Source: a virus. Taken from it: a DNA stretch of 64,000 nt. This document shows positions 63,738 to 64,000 of this stretch, piece after piece; the first letter of the stretch is position 1; the number at the start of each line of letters is the position of its first letter. The stretch lies in the IMG/VR virus record IMGVR_UViG_3300042317_001497; one strand, given 5' to 3'. Made by a program: the position numbers and the translations under genes. The notes below the pieces were generated by a model, which saw only the letters and a program-made list of their open reading frames with translations, had not been told where the DNA came from and did no database searches.

Positions 63738-64000
63738 TTATTCTTTATATAGTCCTAAATAAATGTCAGAATTAGCATTGTTAGTGAACCATTCTGGTCC
63801 TCTATACATATTTCCGTCTGCTTTTATATTAGAATTTCGAGCATTATCTCCTATAATCTCATATTCTATATTTTTTAAACTTCTATTCATTTGTCTAGCC
63901 AGCATATTTGCTATTACTAATGAACTATAGCGGTCTTTTCTCAATCTTCCTTTTCTACCATTAGGTAATTTAATTTCAGGAGTATCCCATCGATCTCTAG
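63738..64000 (-). CDS. Terminase large subunit, C-terminal fragment (5' end outside the window)
   Basis: The frame is open to the window edge: RDRWDTPEIKLPNGRKGRLRKDRYSSLVIANM. KDRYS(S/A)L resembles the last acidic motif of the TerL nuclease; directly upstream of the portal. Confidence 0.7.
   Translation of the reverse strand, partial: RDRWDTPEIKLPNGRKGRLRKDRYSSLVIANMLARQMNRSLKNIEYEIIGDNARNSNIKADGNMYRGPEWFTNNANSDIYLGLYKE

Larger units (their letters stand above)
1..64000. mobile_element. Segment of a large tailed bacteriophage genome (virion morphogenesis region)
   Basis: Co-directional, densely packed - strand genes in terminase-portal-protease-capsid-neck-tail tube-TMP-tail fibre order; no cellular housekeeping genes. 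Confidence 0.95.

Noticed and set aside
1-64000. Stop-codon reassignment (alternative genetic code)
   Set aside because: Very long ORFs are intact under the standard code and pack with minimal gaps.
1-64000. tRNA, rRNA, integrase, reverse transcriptase, tail sheath, intron or intein
   Set aside because: No cloverleaf, catalytic motif (YxDD, intein C...HN) or sufficiently large intergenic space was recognised by eye.

Overview
The window is a segment of a large, AT-rich tailed-phage genome (Caudoviricetes). It is probably siphovirus-like, since no tail sheath gene is visible. Apart from two + strand genes at the left edge, everything reads on the - strand as one virion morphogenesis region. 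From right to left: terminase large subunit C-terminus, portal, protease/scaffold, decoration protein, major capsid protein, a fibre/adhesin cluster containing a ~2.1 kb high-GC foreign cassette, head-tail joining genes, tail tube, chaperone-like genes, a 4450-aa tape measure protein (TMP), then ~31 kb of giant modular tail/adhesin proteins. The most unusual signals are: (1) the TMP looks polyvalent, with five copies of a GG-rich 'TD(T/S)..A(M/L)L..GE.V' module flanking enzyme-like cargo (a P-loop kinase plus a HIGH-family nucleotidyltransferase, and two PD-(D/E)xK-like units); (2) three circularly permuted FGE-sulfatase/C-type-lectin-fold domains; (3) the high-GC LRR cassette sitting next to a decapitated gene remnant; (4) a recurring GGTGTA motif upstream of late gene starts. 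No tRNA, rRNA, CRISPR array, integrase or reverse transcriptase was recognised. All domain calls come from motif recognition by eye, not database searches, and internal domain coordinates are approximate.
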